Part shown: positions 8,158 to 16,963 of the stretch, piece by piece
Numbering within the stretch: position 1 is the stretch's first letter
Layout: every line of letters starts with the position of its first letter
Assembly (NCBI GenBank): GCA_035279725.1
Contig: DATEHF010000052.1
Location: 79,766-143,765 of the forward strand
From: Candidatus Acidiferrum sp.
Lineage (GTDB): Bacteria > Acidobacteriota > Terriglobia > Acidiferrales > UBA7541
Direction: 5' to 3'
Length of the DNA stretch: 64,000 nt
The notes under the pieces: model-generated
What the model saw: only the letters and a program-made list of their open reading frames with translations
Told to the model about the DNA's origin: nothing
The model's database searches: none
Position numbers and translations under genes: made by a program

Positions 8158-10296
8158 ATGCCCGCGAAATTCCATCTCGCCCTGCTCATTCACGCGCACC
8201 AGCCCTGCGGCAATTTCGAGCACGTCCTCGAAAAGGCTTACGACACTTCCTATCTTCCTTTTATTGAGCATCTCGAGGAGCATCCGAAAGTTCACCTGGG
8301 CCTCCACTATTCCGGGCCGCTGCTCACATGGATCGAGAAAAATCGCCCCGAGTATTTTGCTCGGCTGAGAGCTTTGGTCCAAAGCGGACAAGTGGAGTTC
8401 GTCGGTGGCGGCTTCTACGAGCCGATTCTCGTGTCGATTCCTCCTGAAGATCAGCGCGAACAGATCACCCGCTTGGCCGCCTATCTTGAGAAACATTTTG
8501 GCCGCTCACCGTCCGGTGCGTGGCTTGCCGAGCGCGTTTGGGAGCCTCAGCTTCCCACTTCGCTAGCCGCCGCCAACGTGGCCTACACCCTTGTGGACGA
8601 CATGCATTTCCTGGCCGCCGGATTCGAGCCTGAAGAACTTTTCGGTTCCTACATCGCCGAGGACCGCGGCAAGTCTGTCTGGCTCTACCCCGGACAGAAA
8701 GCTCTCCGTTACCTCATTCCGTTTGGAAAAGTCGAGGACGTCATCGCCTATTTGCGCGATGCGGCAAGCAAACACCCCGGTGGCGTCGCCGCCATGGGCG
8801 ATGACATGGAAAAATTCGGCGTCTGGCCCGGCACGCACGAACACTGTTACAAAAACGGCTGGCTCGAGGAATTCTTTACTGCACTGGAAAAAAACTCCGA
8901 TTGGCTGACGGTTTCCACGCCCGGCGACTATCTGGAAACGCACTCGCCGCTCGGCCGCGCCGATCTTCCGACTGCCTCTTACACGGAAATGCTCGAATGG
9001 GCGCTCCCCACGCGCGTCCGCCAGCGCTACCACGAAGTCTTGAAAGAGTTCAACGCGCGTCCGGAGATACTATCCTTCCTTCGCGGCGGTTCCTGGCGCG
9101 GTTTTTTTCGCAAGTATCCGGAATCCAATCTTCTGCACAAGAAAATGCTGCGCGTCTCCGCTCGCCTCGCCGCCGCGCCGGTCCGCCACGATGGCTCAAA
9201 AGCCACTGAGGAATTGTTGCAGGCGCGCGACCTCCTCCTTCGCGCCCAGTGCAACGACGTCTACTGGCACGGCATTTTTGGCGGCATTTACGCCCCGCAC
9301 CTCCGCACTGATCCCTGGCGCAATCTCATCCGTGCCGAAGCCATCGCCGACCGACTGACTCCGGGCGCTCTCGTCCCGCGCGTCGAACTCCTTGACTATG
9401 ACGCCGACGGCGTCAATGAGCTGCTGTTTACCGCTCTCGAAGCGCAAGTGCTCCTGAAGCCGAGCGACGGCGGCACTGTGGCCGCACTCGACTTCCGGCC
9501 TTCGGCTGCCACGCTCGTCAATTCCATCCTGCGCCGTCCCGAGGCCTACCACACGCGCTTGCGCGAAGCCGCCGGAAAGCCGGCTGCTGGCGCCGCCATC
9601 TCGATTCACGAACAGACCCGCGTCAAGGAGCCGGGCCTCGAAAAATATTTGCGTTACGACCGCTGGCCGCGCCATGCCTTCCGCGTCTTGATTTTCGATC
9701 CCGCGCGCACTCACGCCGACTACGAAGCTCTCGAATTGCGCGAAGACGCCGGATTTGCCGGCGGCGTGTATACCGTGAAAAACTCCGCACCCTACGAAGC
9801 CGAACTTTTCCGCTCGGATTCTCTCTCTCTGCTCGGCAAGAGCAACTCCGCCACCGTCAAACTCCTGCTCCTCAAGCAGTTTTCCTTCAGCCCCGCCCCC
9901 AACGGCTTTGAAGCCGCTTGCGATATCACTCTGAAACTGAAGGAGAATCTTGAGAAGCCCGTCGCCGTCGGCATCGAGTCGGTCATCAATTTCCTTGCTC
10001 CCCTTGAGTCCGACCGTTTTTTTGAAACGCCCGCTGGCCACCACAATCTCCGCCTCAGTGGCGTGCTGCCCGGCCCCATCCTGCGCATCGAAGACGGCTG
10101 GCAACGCGTCCGCGTCGCCCTGCACGCCCCGCTCGTCGATGAATTCTGGGTTGCCCCCATAGAAACCGTCTCCGAATCCGAAGAAGGCTTCGAGCGCGTT
10201 TACCAGGGCTCCCAAATCCTCGCCCTCTGGCGCCCCCCGCTAACCACCCAAAAGACCTGGTCCACCCGCCTCGTCTGGCGCATCGAAGCCTTCTGA
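8158..10296 (+). CDS. glycoside hydrolase family 57 protein (alpha-amylase / 4-alpha-glucanotransferase-like)
   Basis: 712 aa. The N-terminal block LALLIHAHQPCGNF...HYSGPLLTWIE and the later WLAERVWEP are typical of GH57 with C-terminal DUF1925/1926-like regions. Confidence 0.82.
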   Translation: MPAKFHLALLIHAHQPCGNFEHVLEKAYDTSYLPFIEHLEEHPKVHLGLHYSGPLLTWIEKNRPEYFARLRALVQSGQVEFVGGGFYEPILVSIPPEDQREQITRLAAYLEKHFGRSPSGAWLAERVWEPQLPTSLAAANVAYTLVDDMHFLAAGFEPEELFGSYIAEDRGKSVWLYPGQKALRYLIPFGKVEDVIAYLRDAASKHPGGVAAMGDDMEKFGVWPGTHEHCYKNGWLEEFFTALEKNSDWLTVSTPGDYLETHSPLGRADLPTASYTEMLEWALPTRVRQRYHEVLKEFNARPEILSFLRGGSWRGFFRKYPESNLLHKKMLRVSARLAAAPVRHDGSKATEELLQARDLLLRAQCNDVYWHGIFGGIYAPHLRTDPWRNLIRAEAIADRLTPGALVPRVELLDYDADGVNELLFTALEAQVLLKPSDGGTVAALDFRPSAATLVNSILRRPEAYHTRLREAAGKPAAGAAISIHEQTRVKEPGLEKYLRYDRWPRHAFRVLIFDPARTHADYEALELREDAGFAGGVYTVKNSAPYEAELFRSDSLSLLGKSNSATVKLLLLKQFSFSPAPNGFEAACDITLKLKENLEKPVAVGIESVINFLAPLESDRFFETPAGHHNLRLSGVLPGPILRIEDGWQRVRVALHAPLVDEFWVAPIETVSESEEGFERVYQGSQILALWRPPLTTQKTWSTRLVWRIEAF

Positions 10297-10328
10297 ACTC
10301 CCCCCGCATCAGTTTCCGGCAACCTCGT

Positions 10329-10817
10329 TTATGGTTTAATCCATCTGAATATCGCGACCGTGCAGCCCAAAGAGGTCAGGACAACCAAGAGACTGAGTAT
10401 CCTGATTTTGCCAACTGAACTTCCTGTATAACTAGGACGCCAGCCTTTGGACAACCTCAAAACGACGAGCGCGACACCGCCGGAAACAAGAAGGGCCAGC
10501 AGGTAAGGGTGCCAATCGTGACGCAAGAAGAAGAGCCCCAGCACGAGTCGGACTGCGACACGAAACCCAACGTAGAGGCACGTCACCAGGATTAGAAGAC
10601 GTTTTTCTTTTGCGAGTAAAACTAGGAAGACTGCACAGGCTGCTAGCGTGAATCCGTACCTGCGTCCTGCGGGAGAAACAGGGGCATAAAGTTGAGTGAT
10701 TCCCGCGACGGAGAACAACATAAACGGCCAGATTAGGAAGAGATCACGATAATAGTTGAAGTCGTGCGACGGTACCTTGAAGGCGTCGCCCACGATTATC
10801 CGATTCCAATCGGGCAT
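10329..10817 (-). CDS. integral membrane protein, function unknown
   Basis: 162 aa with about 5 hydrophobic helices. No recognisable motif. Confidence 0.55.
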   Translation of the reverse strand: MPDWNRIIVGDAFKVPSHDFNYYRDLFLIWPFMLFSVAGITQLYAPVSPAGRRYGFTLAACAVFLVLLAKEKRLLILVTCLYVGFRVAVRLVLGLFFLRHDWHPYLLALLVSGGVALVVLRLSKGWRPSYTGSSVGKIRILSLLVVLTSLGCTVAIFRWIKP

Positions 10818-11007
10818 GGCGATTCAGTCTAAGCTCTTCTATCCTCCCAGGTAAAATGGCAATCACCCGAATCGCAAAATACGTCTTTATACTTCATATG
10901 CTACTGTACTTGTTGGGTAAAACTGTGGCTTTCTTGGAAAGCTAGTTGCCGCTTTTTTCATTAGCGGCGAACCTTTGTATCGGGAGCAGGTATCGGTCCA
11001 CGCACTT

Positions 11008-11025
11008 TTGCACGATTTTGTGCAA
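11008..11025. promoter_or_regulatory. perfect 6-6-6 palindrome TTGCAC-gatttt-GTGCAA in AT-rich intergenic region
   Basis: Read directly. A second palindrome, ACACTT-ccaa-AAGTGT, lies at 11046..11061. Both are upstream (minus sense) of the membrane-protein gene starting at 10817. Confidence 0.3.
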
Positions 11026-11215
11026 TGTAAGTCCCATTAGAATCAACACTTCCAAAAGTGTATCAAAACAAAAGGCTTTAACTCCCTTTAGAACGAACAC
11101 TTTTTAAAAACAGGGGGAAGGGTGGCTGATTATTCGGGTACAGACCGGGTGGATGCCTGACAGTGCGAGAAGACCTACGGGTCACGGAACATGGGTTACG
11201 GGAGCACTCACACTG

Positions 11216-12190
11216 CTATTCCGCAACCAGGAGGTTCTGCGCGAACGGCCATTCGCGGTCGATCCACTGCCCATCGCAGCGGAATCCTGTGCGCGCTGCC
11301 ATCTCCGGAATTTCTTCAGCTTGATATTTGTGGGAACTTTCCGTCCAGATGGTTTCGTCTTCATCTAGCATCAGCCGCAGGCTCGCTGCGGGAATGTGTA
11401 CCGTCTGCCGTTGCGTCGAACGCAGGTGCATCTCAATCCGGCGTTCCACCCTGTTCCACCGCGCGTGGTGCTCGAAGCAGCTCAAGTCAAAATCCGCACC
11501 CAGTTCCCGATTGATGCGCGCCAGCAAATTCATATTGAACGCGGCTGTCACGCCCGCGGGATCGTCGTACGCCAGCAATTGCAGCTCTATGCTCTTCTCA
11601 AGGTCCGTGCCGAGCAGCAACGCATCCCCGGGACGGAGAATGGCCCGCATCTCGCGTAGAAACGCATCTCCCTTGTCGCGATCGAAATTGCCAATGGTGC
11701 TCCCCAGAAACAGCACCAGCAAATGGTCTCTGCCGCCGCGACCTTCGGCGACGTTTCGCAAGCCTTCCAGGTACGGCTGTTCGTACCCGACAATGCTTAC
11801 CATGTCGATCTGTCCAAGCTCCTTCGCGCAAGCCGCCAGCGCCGACGGCGAAATCTCGATGGGGTAGTAGTACGTTTTTTGCCGGCGCGACAGGGCTTCC
11901 AGGATCCATCGCGTCTTTTTTCCAGAGCCGCTGCCAAGCTCCGCCACTCGGACTGGCAAAGGCAATCGGCTCACAATTTCGCCGGAGTATTCTTCCAGCA
12001 GCCGAGCGTCCGCACGGGTCAGGCCGTACTCGGGCAGAACGCAAATCGCCTCGAACAGCGCCGAGCCCACTTCATCGTACAAATATTTTGAGGGCAGCTC
12101 TCTTTGACCAGGTTTAGTGAGGCTCTCGCGCACGTCTGCCGCGAATGCAGGCACATGCCGTAGCGATAGTGACAGTGCAGGTGTCGCCAT
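11216..12190 (-). CDS. egtD: L-histidine N-alpha-methyltransferase (ergothioneine biosynthesis)
   Basis: 324 aa. EgtD-type N-terminus (LPSKYLYDEVGSALFEAICVLPEYGLTRAD), SAM motif VAELGSGSGKKT and C-terminal SHKY block. Confidence 0.85.
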   Translation of the reverse strand: MATPALSLSLRHVPAFAADVRESLTKPGQRELPSKYLYDEVGSALFEAICVLPEYGLTRADARLLEEYSGEIVSRLPLPVRVAELGSGSGKKTRWILEALSRRQKTYYYPIEISPSALAACAKELGQIDMVSIVGYEQPYLEGLRNVAEGRGGRDHLLVLFLGSTIGNFDRDKGDAFLREMRAILRPGDALLLGTDLEKSIELQLLAYDDPAGVTAAFNMNLLARINRELGADFDLSCFEHHARWNRVERRIEMHLRSTQRQTVHIPAASLRLMLDEDETIWTESSHKYQAEEIPEMAARTGFRCDGQWIDREWPFAQNLLVAE

Positions 12191-12214
12191 GGGGTCTCCC
12201 GAGCTTGGGTTTGA

Positions 12215-13546
12215 TTAGTCCTCGACGCAACGGAAGGTTGCGTAGACGTACGGATAATGCGGTTGGAACCAATTTCGGAACGATCGCCGCAGCATGCAGG
12301 TGGCGGTGCGCGGCGAGCCACCCTTCATCACATAGTGCTTGCCGTCAAAGAAATTCGCGGAATAGCCGGGATAGAAGGGCATCGAGGTGAATCCTGGAAA
12401 CGGAGCGAACTCCGTTCGCGTCCACTCCCACCCATTCCCCACAAGATCGTGCACGCCGAAAGCACTCGCCCCTGCGGGGTGAGCCCCCACCGGCGACGGA
12501 TCCCACGACTTGAAATCAAAGTTTCCCGTTGCCGCGCTCGGTGCTTCTTCTCCCCAGGGATAGCTTCGTTCCTTCGCGTTGTTCGGCGTTCCATACGCCG
12601 CGCGATGAAACTGCGCTTCGGTCGGCAGCTTGCGGCCGAGCCATTTGGCGTAAGCAGTCCCTTCCGCGTGGCTCACATAAACCGGCCATTCCAGAGGCAG
12701 GCGAATCTCGCCAAACATGGTTCGATAAATCCAAAGGTTGCCTTCGCGCCTCCAGAACATCGGATGCTCGACACCTTCCTTGGCCTTCCAGGCCCAGGCT
12801 TCCTCACTCCACAGCGAGCGGTTTTCGTAGCCACCCGCTTGCATAAACCGCAAATAGTCGTGATTCGTTACGTTGTAATTCTCGATGCCGAACTCGTTCA
12901 CCGGCACTTCGTGCGCGCCAAATTCGTTGTCCCACCCGAATTCATCGCCGGAAATGCGATCCAGACCCAACGTCGCGGCCCCAGCCGGGATCTCAACCAA
13001 GTGCGACTTTACGCGATGCGTCTTCCACGCCGCGATCTCTGGCCCGCCGATCTTTCGTCCGCTCGGCAGCCGGTGCAGCATGTACGCGAGCGTTTCCGCA
13101 TGCATCAGCCGGTGTTCGATGGCTACTTCCAGCATGGTGATTAGTTGCGGGTGGCCTTCCTCGGGCCTTTCCAGAGCATGTTCGATCGCGTGATCCAATT
13201 CCGCGCGCAGACGCCGGTTATAGCGCTCGACCTCTTCACGCGCCGGCCAATCTGCCTGCGTATCGGAGGGCAATCCTCCATCTACAGGATCAATTCCAAA
13301 CGCAAACAGATGATCGAACGTCCGTTGAAACGGCCGTAAACCGAACGCGCGATCGGCCAAGAGATTCCAGTCAAACGCTTCGACATGTCCCACGTAGAAA
13401 ATAAGGCGGTGACGTTCGGGAATAGGCCGGTCATAAATGGCCTCTTCGCGAACCACGCGAAATATTTCATCCGTGCGCGCGCGAGCGTCTAGTAATCTGC
13501 TATGAAGGTCATGCCGGATGCGGACAGCGGAGGCTACTGCTCCCAT
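12215..13546 (-). CDS. egtB: ergothioneine-type sulfoxide synthase (hercynine oxygenase)
   Basis: 443 aa. N-terminal DinB-like domain with the iron-binding HX3HXE motif (EHRLMHAE) plus a C-terminal FGE-sulfatase-like domain (GNGWEWT, RGGS). Lies 24 nt upstream of egtD on the same strand. Confidence 0.85.
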   Translation of the reverse strand: MGAVASAVRIRHDLHSRLLDARARTDEIFRVVREEAIYDRPIPERHRLIFYVGHVEAFDWNLLADRAFGLRPFQRTFDHLFAFGIDPVDGGLPSDTQADWPAREEVERYNRRLRAELDHAIEHALERPEEGHPQLITMLEVAIEHRLMHAETLAYMLHRLPSGRKIGGPEIAAWKTHRVKSHLVEIPAGAATLGLDRISGDEFGWDNEFGAHEVPVNEFGIENYNVTNHDYLRFMQAGGYENRSLWSEEAWAWKAKEGVEHPMFWRREGNLWIYRTMFGEIRLPLEWPVYVSHAEGTAYAKWLGRKLPTEAQFHRAAYGTPNNAKERSYPWGEEAPSAATGNFDFKSWDPSPVGAHPAGASAFGVHDLVGNGWEWTRTEFAPFPGFTSMPFYPGYSANFFDGKHYVMKGGSPRTATCMLRRSFRNWFQPHYPYVYATFRCVED

Positions 13547-13662
13547 GGCGTTTTACCCCTTCTCTTGGATGCAAATTCCGCGCGAAGGATGCGCCAAAAT
13601 TCGGCGTCGGGAGGCTAGGTACATTAAGATGGTCGCTCCCGGTTTTGCGGCTGTCAATCGAA

Positions 13663-14445
13663 ATGAATACGAAACCACCACTTTCTCATAGAAAAAAAAT
13701 CGAGTTCCGGGAAGTCTCCTTCCACATAAACGATATTCTTAAACGCTTAATCGTCTCAGGTATTTCCCTGGATGTTCATGAGGGTGAGACGCTGGTCCTT
13801 CTTGGCCGCAGCGGCAGCGGCAAGACCACTCTCCTCAAGCTGATCAATGGACTGTTACTTCCGACAGGGGGGCAAGTCCTTGTGGATGACTGCTCGACTC
13901 GCGATTGCGACCTAATCCACCTCCGCCGCGGCATCGGTTACGTCATTCAAGACGCTGGCCTTTTTCCCCACTACACCGTTGCTGAAAACGTGGCACTCGT
14001 TCCCAATTTGGAACGCTGGGATGCCGCCCGCACTGCTGCCCGTGTTCAAGAAATGCTGCACCTGGTTGGTCTCGACGCCGGCGAGTTCGCCCATCGCCGT
14101 CCTCGCGAACTCTCCGGGGGCCAGCGCCAACGCGTTGGCGTCGCTCGGGCCCTCGCCGCCGATCCTCCTATCTTATTGATGGATGAGCCTTTCGGCGCGC
14201 TCGATCCCGTCACCCGCGCCGAGCTTCAGCGCGAATTCAGCGCGCTGGCCCGGCGCCTGGGCAAGACTATCGTTTTTGTCACCCACGATCTGCGCGAAGC
14301 CTTGCTGCTCGCCTCGCGCATCGTTTTGCTGGAGGCCGGCCGGATCGTCGCCAGCGCTTCGCCGCAGGAATTCCTCCGTCTCGAGCATCCCGAAGTCCGG
14401 GCTTTTACGTCCTCTCTCGATGTGATGCCGGGGGCTCCCGCATGA
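13663..14445 (+). CDS. ABC transporter ATP-binding protein, betaine/choline (OpuB/OpuC/EgtV-like) family, no CBS domains
   Basis: Walker A GRSGSGKTT, signature LSGGQRQR, Walker B ILLMDEPFGALD, H-loop VTHD. At only ~260 aa there is no room for the C-terminal tandem CBS module. Start at ATG 13663; TTG 13645 is also possible. Confidence 0.88.
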   Translation: MNTKPPLSHRKKIEFREVSFHINDILKRLIVSGISLDVHEGETLVLLGRSGSGKTTLLKLINGLLLPTGGQVLVDDCSTRDCDLIHLRRGIGYVIQDAGLFPHYTVAENVALVPNLERWDAARTAARVQEMLHLVGLDAGEFAHRRPRELSGGQRQRVGVARALAADPPILLMDEPFGALDPVTRAELQREFSALARRLGKTIVFVTHDLREALLLASRIVLLEAGRIVASASPQEFLRLEHPEVRAFTSSLDVMPGAPA

Positions 14446-14449
14446 GCCT

Positions 14450-15109
14450 GTGGATGAGCCCAAGCGTGGGCACCGCATGAGCGATTGGACCTTTTTCGCT
14501 GAGCATCGCGAGGAAATTGTCGGCGCTACTCTCGATCACTTGACGCTGGTCGTCATCGCCATGGTCATCGCCATTCTCATCGGCGTGCCACTTGGCATGT
14601 TCATCGTGGAGCGTCGGGCGTTGCGCACAATCGCTCTCGGTGTGGCAAGCGTTTTCCAAACTATTCCGAGCCTTGCCCTGTTCGGCTTTTTGATTCCCAT
14701 TCCTTTCATCGGCGGCATCGGCAAACGCACCGCGATTGTCGCGCTCGTTCTCTACGCGCTTCTCCCCATCCTGCGTAACACTTACGTTGGGCTCACCGGC
14801 ATCGACCCTGCCGTTCTCGAAGCCGCCGAAGCCATGGGCATGACCCGCGCGCAAATTCTTTTCCGCGTGCGCTTCCCGCTCGCGCTCGCCGTCATACTCG
14901 CAGGCATTCGGACGGCTACCATCATCACCATAGGCGTTGCCACTATCGCTGCGGCCATCGGTGCCGGAGGCCTCGGCACATTTATCTTCCGAGGTGTTGC
15001 GCTGGTCAGCGACGCGCTCATCCTTGCCGGCGCCATCCCCGCCGCCCTGCTCGCCTTGCTCGCCGATTTTCTTCTCGGCCTGCTTGAGCGCAGACTGAAA
15101 GTCACTTAA
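14450..15109 (+). CDS. ABC transporter permease (BPD_transp_1, OpuCB-like)
   Basis: 219 aa, multi-pass hydrophobic protein. GTG start 4 nt after the ATPase stop; ATG at 14477 is an alternative. A single permease gene implies a homodimeric TMD. Confidence 0.82.
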   Translation: MDEPKRGHRMSDWTFFAEHREEIVGATLDHLTLVVIAMVIAILIGVPLGMFIVERRALRTIALGVASVFQTIPSLALFGFLIPIPFIGGIGKRTAIVALVLYALLPILRNTYVGLTGIDPAVLEAAEAMGMTRAQILFRVRFPLALAVILAGIRTATIITIGVATIAAAIGAGGLGTFIFRGVALVSDALILAGAIPAALLALLADFLLGLLERRLKVT

Positions 15110-15110
15110 A

Positions 15111-16025
15111 ATGCACAGCGTTCCGCTCCGATTCTTCTGTCTCCTGATCGCCCTCTGTTTTGGTTCCGCTTGCAACAAGCCTCCGCAATCCAAAATCACC
15201 ATTGGCTCCAAATTTTTCACTGAGCAAGTCATCCTTGCTGAACTGCTCGCCCAGCACATCGAAGCGAAGACCGGTATTCCGGTCATTAGAAAAACCAATC
15301 TTGGAGGAAGCCTCCTCGTTCACAAAGCGCTGCTTGCAGGCGAACTCGATCTCTACGTCGAATACACGGGCACTGCGCTGACTGCCGTGCTCAACGAATC
15401 CCCCAATTCATATAACAAAAGCGCTGCACAGAACGATTACTCGAATGCCGTTTACGACCGCGTCAAGCAGCAGTACTCGGATCGATTCCAACTTGAAGTC
15501 ACCGAGCCGCTCGGCTTCGAGAATACGTTCGCCATGGTCATCCGCGGCGACGACGCAAAGAATCTCCATCTGCAAAAAATTTCCGACATCGCGAGCGTCG
15601 CCCCCAAGTGGCGCGCCGGAGTCGGCTACGAATTTCTCGAGCGTCCCGACGGCTTCCGCGGCTGGAGCGGCCGCTACGATCTTCATTTCGCCGAATCGCC
15701 CAAAGTAATGGACCTCGGGCTCATCTACCGCGCGTTGGTCGATCATCAAGTCGACATCGTCGCCGGAAACTCCACCGATGGCCTCATCGATTCGCTTGGT
15801 CTGGTCGCTCTTGAAGATGACCGTCACTATTTCCCACCCTACGACGCCGTCCCCATCGTCCGCCAATCCACGCTCGCGCAATTCCCCCAACTCCGCGCCG
15901 CGCTCGCCGATCTCGCCGGCAAACTCTCTGCCTCCGACATCCGCCGCCTCAACTATGCCGTCGACGCGCAGCACCAGGACGCCGCCGTCGTAGTGCGCGC
16001 CTTCCGCCAATCCAAAGGCTTATAA
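15111..16025 (+). CDS. quaternary-amine (glycine betaine family, OpuAC-fold) substrate-binding lipoprotein
   Basis: 304 aa. Lipoprotein-like signal (LLIALCFGSAC), then ITIGSKFFTEQVILAELLAQ...DLYVEYTGTA, typical of OpuBC/OpuCC/EgtU-type binding domains. Start is 1 nt after the permease stop. Confidence 0.82.
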   Translation: MHSVPLRFFCLLIALCFGSACNKPPQSKITIGSKFFTEQVILAELLAQHIEAKTGIPVIRKTNLGGSLLVHKALLAGELDLYVEYTGTALTAVLNESPNSYNKSAAQNDYSNAVYDRVKQQYSDRFQLEVTEPLGFENTFAMVIRGDDAKNLHLQKISDIASVAPKWRAGVGYEFLERPDGFRGWSGRYDLHFAESPKVMDLGLIYRALVDHQVDIVAGNSTDGLIDSLGLVALEDDRHYFPPYDAVPIVRQSTLAQFPQLRAALADLAGKLSASDIRRLNYAVDAQHQDAAVVVRAFRQSKGL

Positions 16026-16108
16026 CCTGGGCTTCTCGTCGCGTTGTGTGATCCTGTTCTTCACGTCTTGCTCCTGAACGCCGCGCCCACTCGACAATTA
16101 ACAATCTA

Positions 16109-16138
16109 TTGACACTCACTGCGGGCCGCTGGTATAGC
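16109..16138 (+). promoter_or_regulatory. sigma-70-like promoter upstream of CHRD gene
   Basis: TTGACA (16109..16114), 18-nt spacer, TATAGC (16133..16138). About 100 nt upstream of the ATG at 16239. Confidence 0.4.
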
Positions 16139-16158
16139 CTAATGCAGAGTTGTCTTCA

Positions 16159-16202
16159 GCCGAACGGGATTGCCACACCACCCCACGCCATCCCTGTTCG
16201 GC
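16159..16202 (+). promoter_or_regulatory. long stem-loop in the 5' leader of the CHRD gene
   Basis: GCCGAACGGGAT (16159..16170) pairs with ATCCCTGTTCGGC (16190..16202): 12 bp with one bulged T and a 19-nt C/A-rich loop. Confidence 0.4.
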
Positions 16203-16238
16203 GAGAGAGTCCTTGGTGCCTAAATAAAGGAGCAAGAA

Positions 16239-16775
16239 ATGAAAAAACTGTTTGTGTGTGCCGCGCTAGCGGCCATAGCTGTATTGTTGTTCGGCAATTA
16301 CTCCACCAAGGCAAAGAGCGATGACGCCATGACTATTTCCGCCCACATGATTGGGTTGGGCGAAGTCCCGCCCACCAACAGTAAGGGATCGGCGGAGTTC
16401 CGCGGAACCATCAGCGCCGATGGCACAACCATTACCTATACGCTGAAATGGAGCGGTCTGACGACCCTGCCTCTGTTCAGCCACATCCACTTCGGTCCCA
16501 CCAAGGTAAACGGCGGGGTGATGGTGTTCCTGTGCGGCGGTGACGGAAAGCCAGCATGCACTCAAGCCACTTCAGGAATGGCCAGCGGCACGATCACTGC
16601 TGCGGACATCGTCGGGCCAGCAGCGCAAGGGATCCCCGCCGCTCCGAACGGCAGTTTCGCCGATGTAATCCGCGCTATCCGTACGCACAACGCCTACGCC
16701 AACTTGCACACCACGATGTTCCCCGGCGGCGAAGTGCGAGGAGAAGTCGTGGCCCACAACGAGGACGACGAATAG
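16239..16775 (+). CDS. secreted CHRD domain-containing protein
   Basis: 178 aa. Signal peptide MKKLFVCAALAAIAVLLFG. CHRD-like blocks SHIHFGPTKVNGGVMVFLCG and ANLHTTMFPGGEVRGEV. SD AAAGGAG. Confidence 0.72.
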   Translation: MKKLFVCAALAAIAVLLFGNYSTKAKSDDAMTISAHMIGLGEVPPTNSKGSAEFRGTISADGTTITYTLKWSGLTTLPLFSHIHFGPTKVNGGVMVFLCGGDGKPACTQATSGMASGTITAADIVGPAAQGIPAAPNGSFADVIRAIRTHNAYANLHTTMFPGGEVRGEVVAHNEDDE

Positions 16776-16963
16776 GCGCGGCATAACCGCAGGATTTTAA
16801 CAAATCGCGTTTTTATCACTTCACTTTATTCAGCGAGAGGTCTCATCTGTGATTCTTCAGGGTGGGACCTCTTTCTGCTTCTGATTCAGCGCCATTCGGC
16901 CAACCCCGCAGTCTCCAGGGTGTATTTCGCTTCCATCCCGAACTCTCGGTACAATTGCCGCTT

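Noticed and set aside
9196-10215. Long antisense ORFs lie inside confidently assigned genes. Examples: 9196..10215(-) in GH57, 12257..13144(+) in egtB, 14405..15298(-) in the ABC permease, 21010..22023(+), 37096..37968(+) in arginase, 42346..43563(+) in ggt, 47111..48118(-) in the M20 gene, 52187..53203(-) in the TonB receptor and 56746..57747(-) in moeZ.
   Set aside because: Their translations are Arg/Gly/Ala/His-rich with no motifs, as expected for stop-poor shadow frames in GC-rich DNA. The opposite strand in each case carries clear family signatures.
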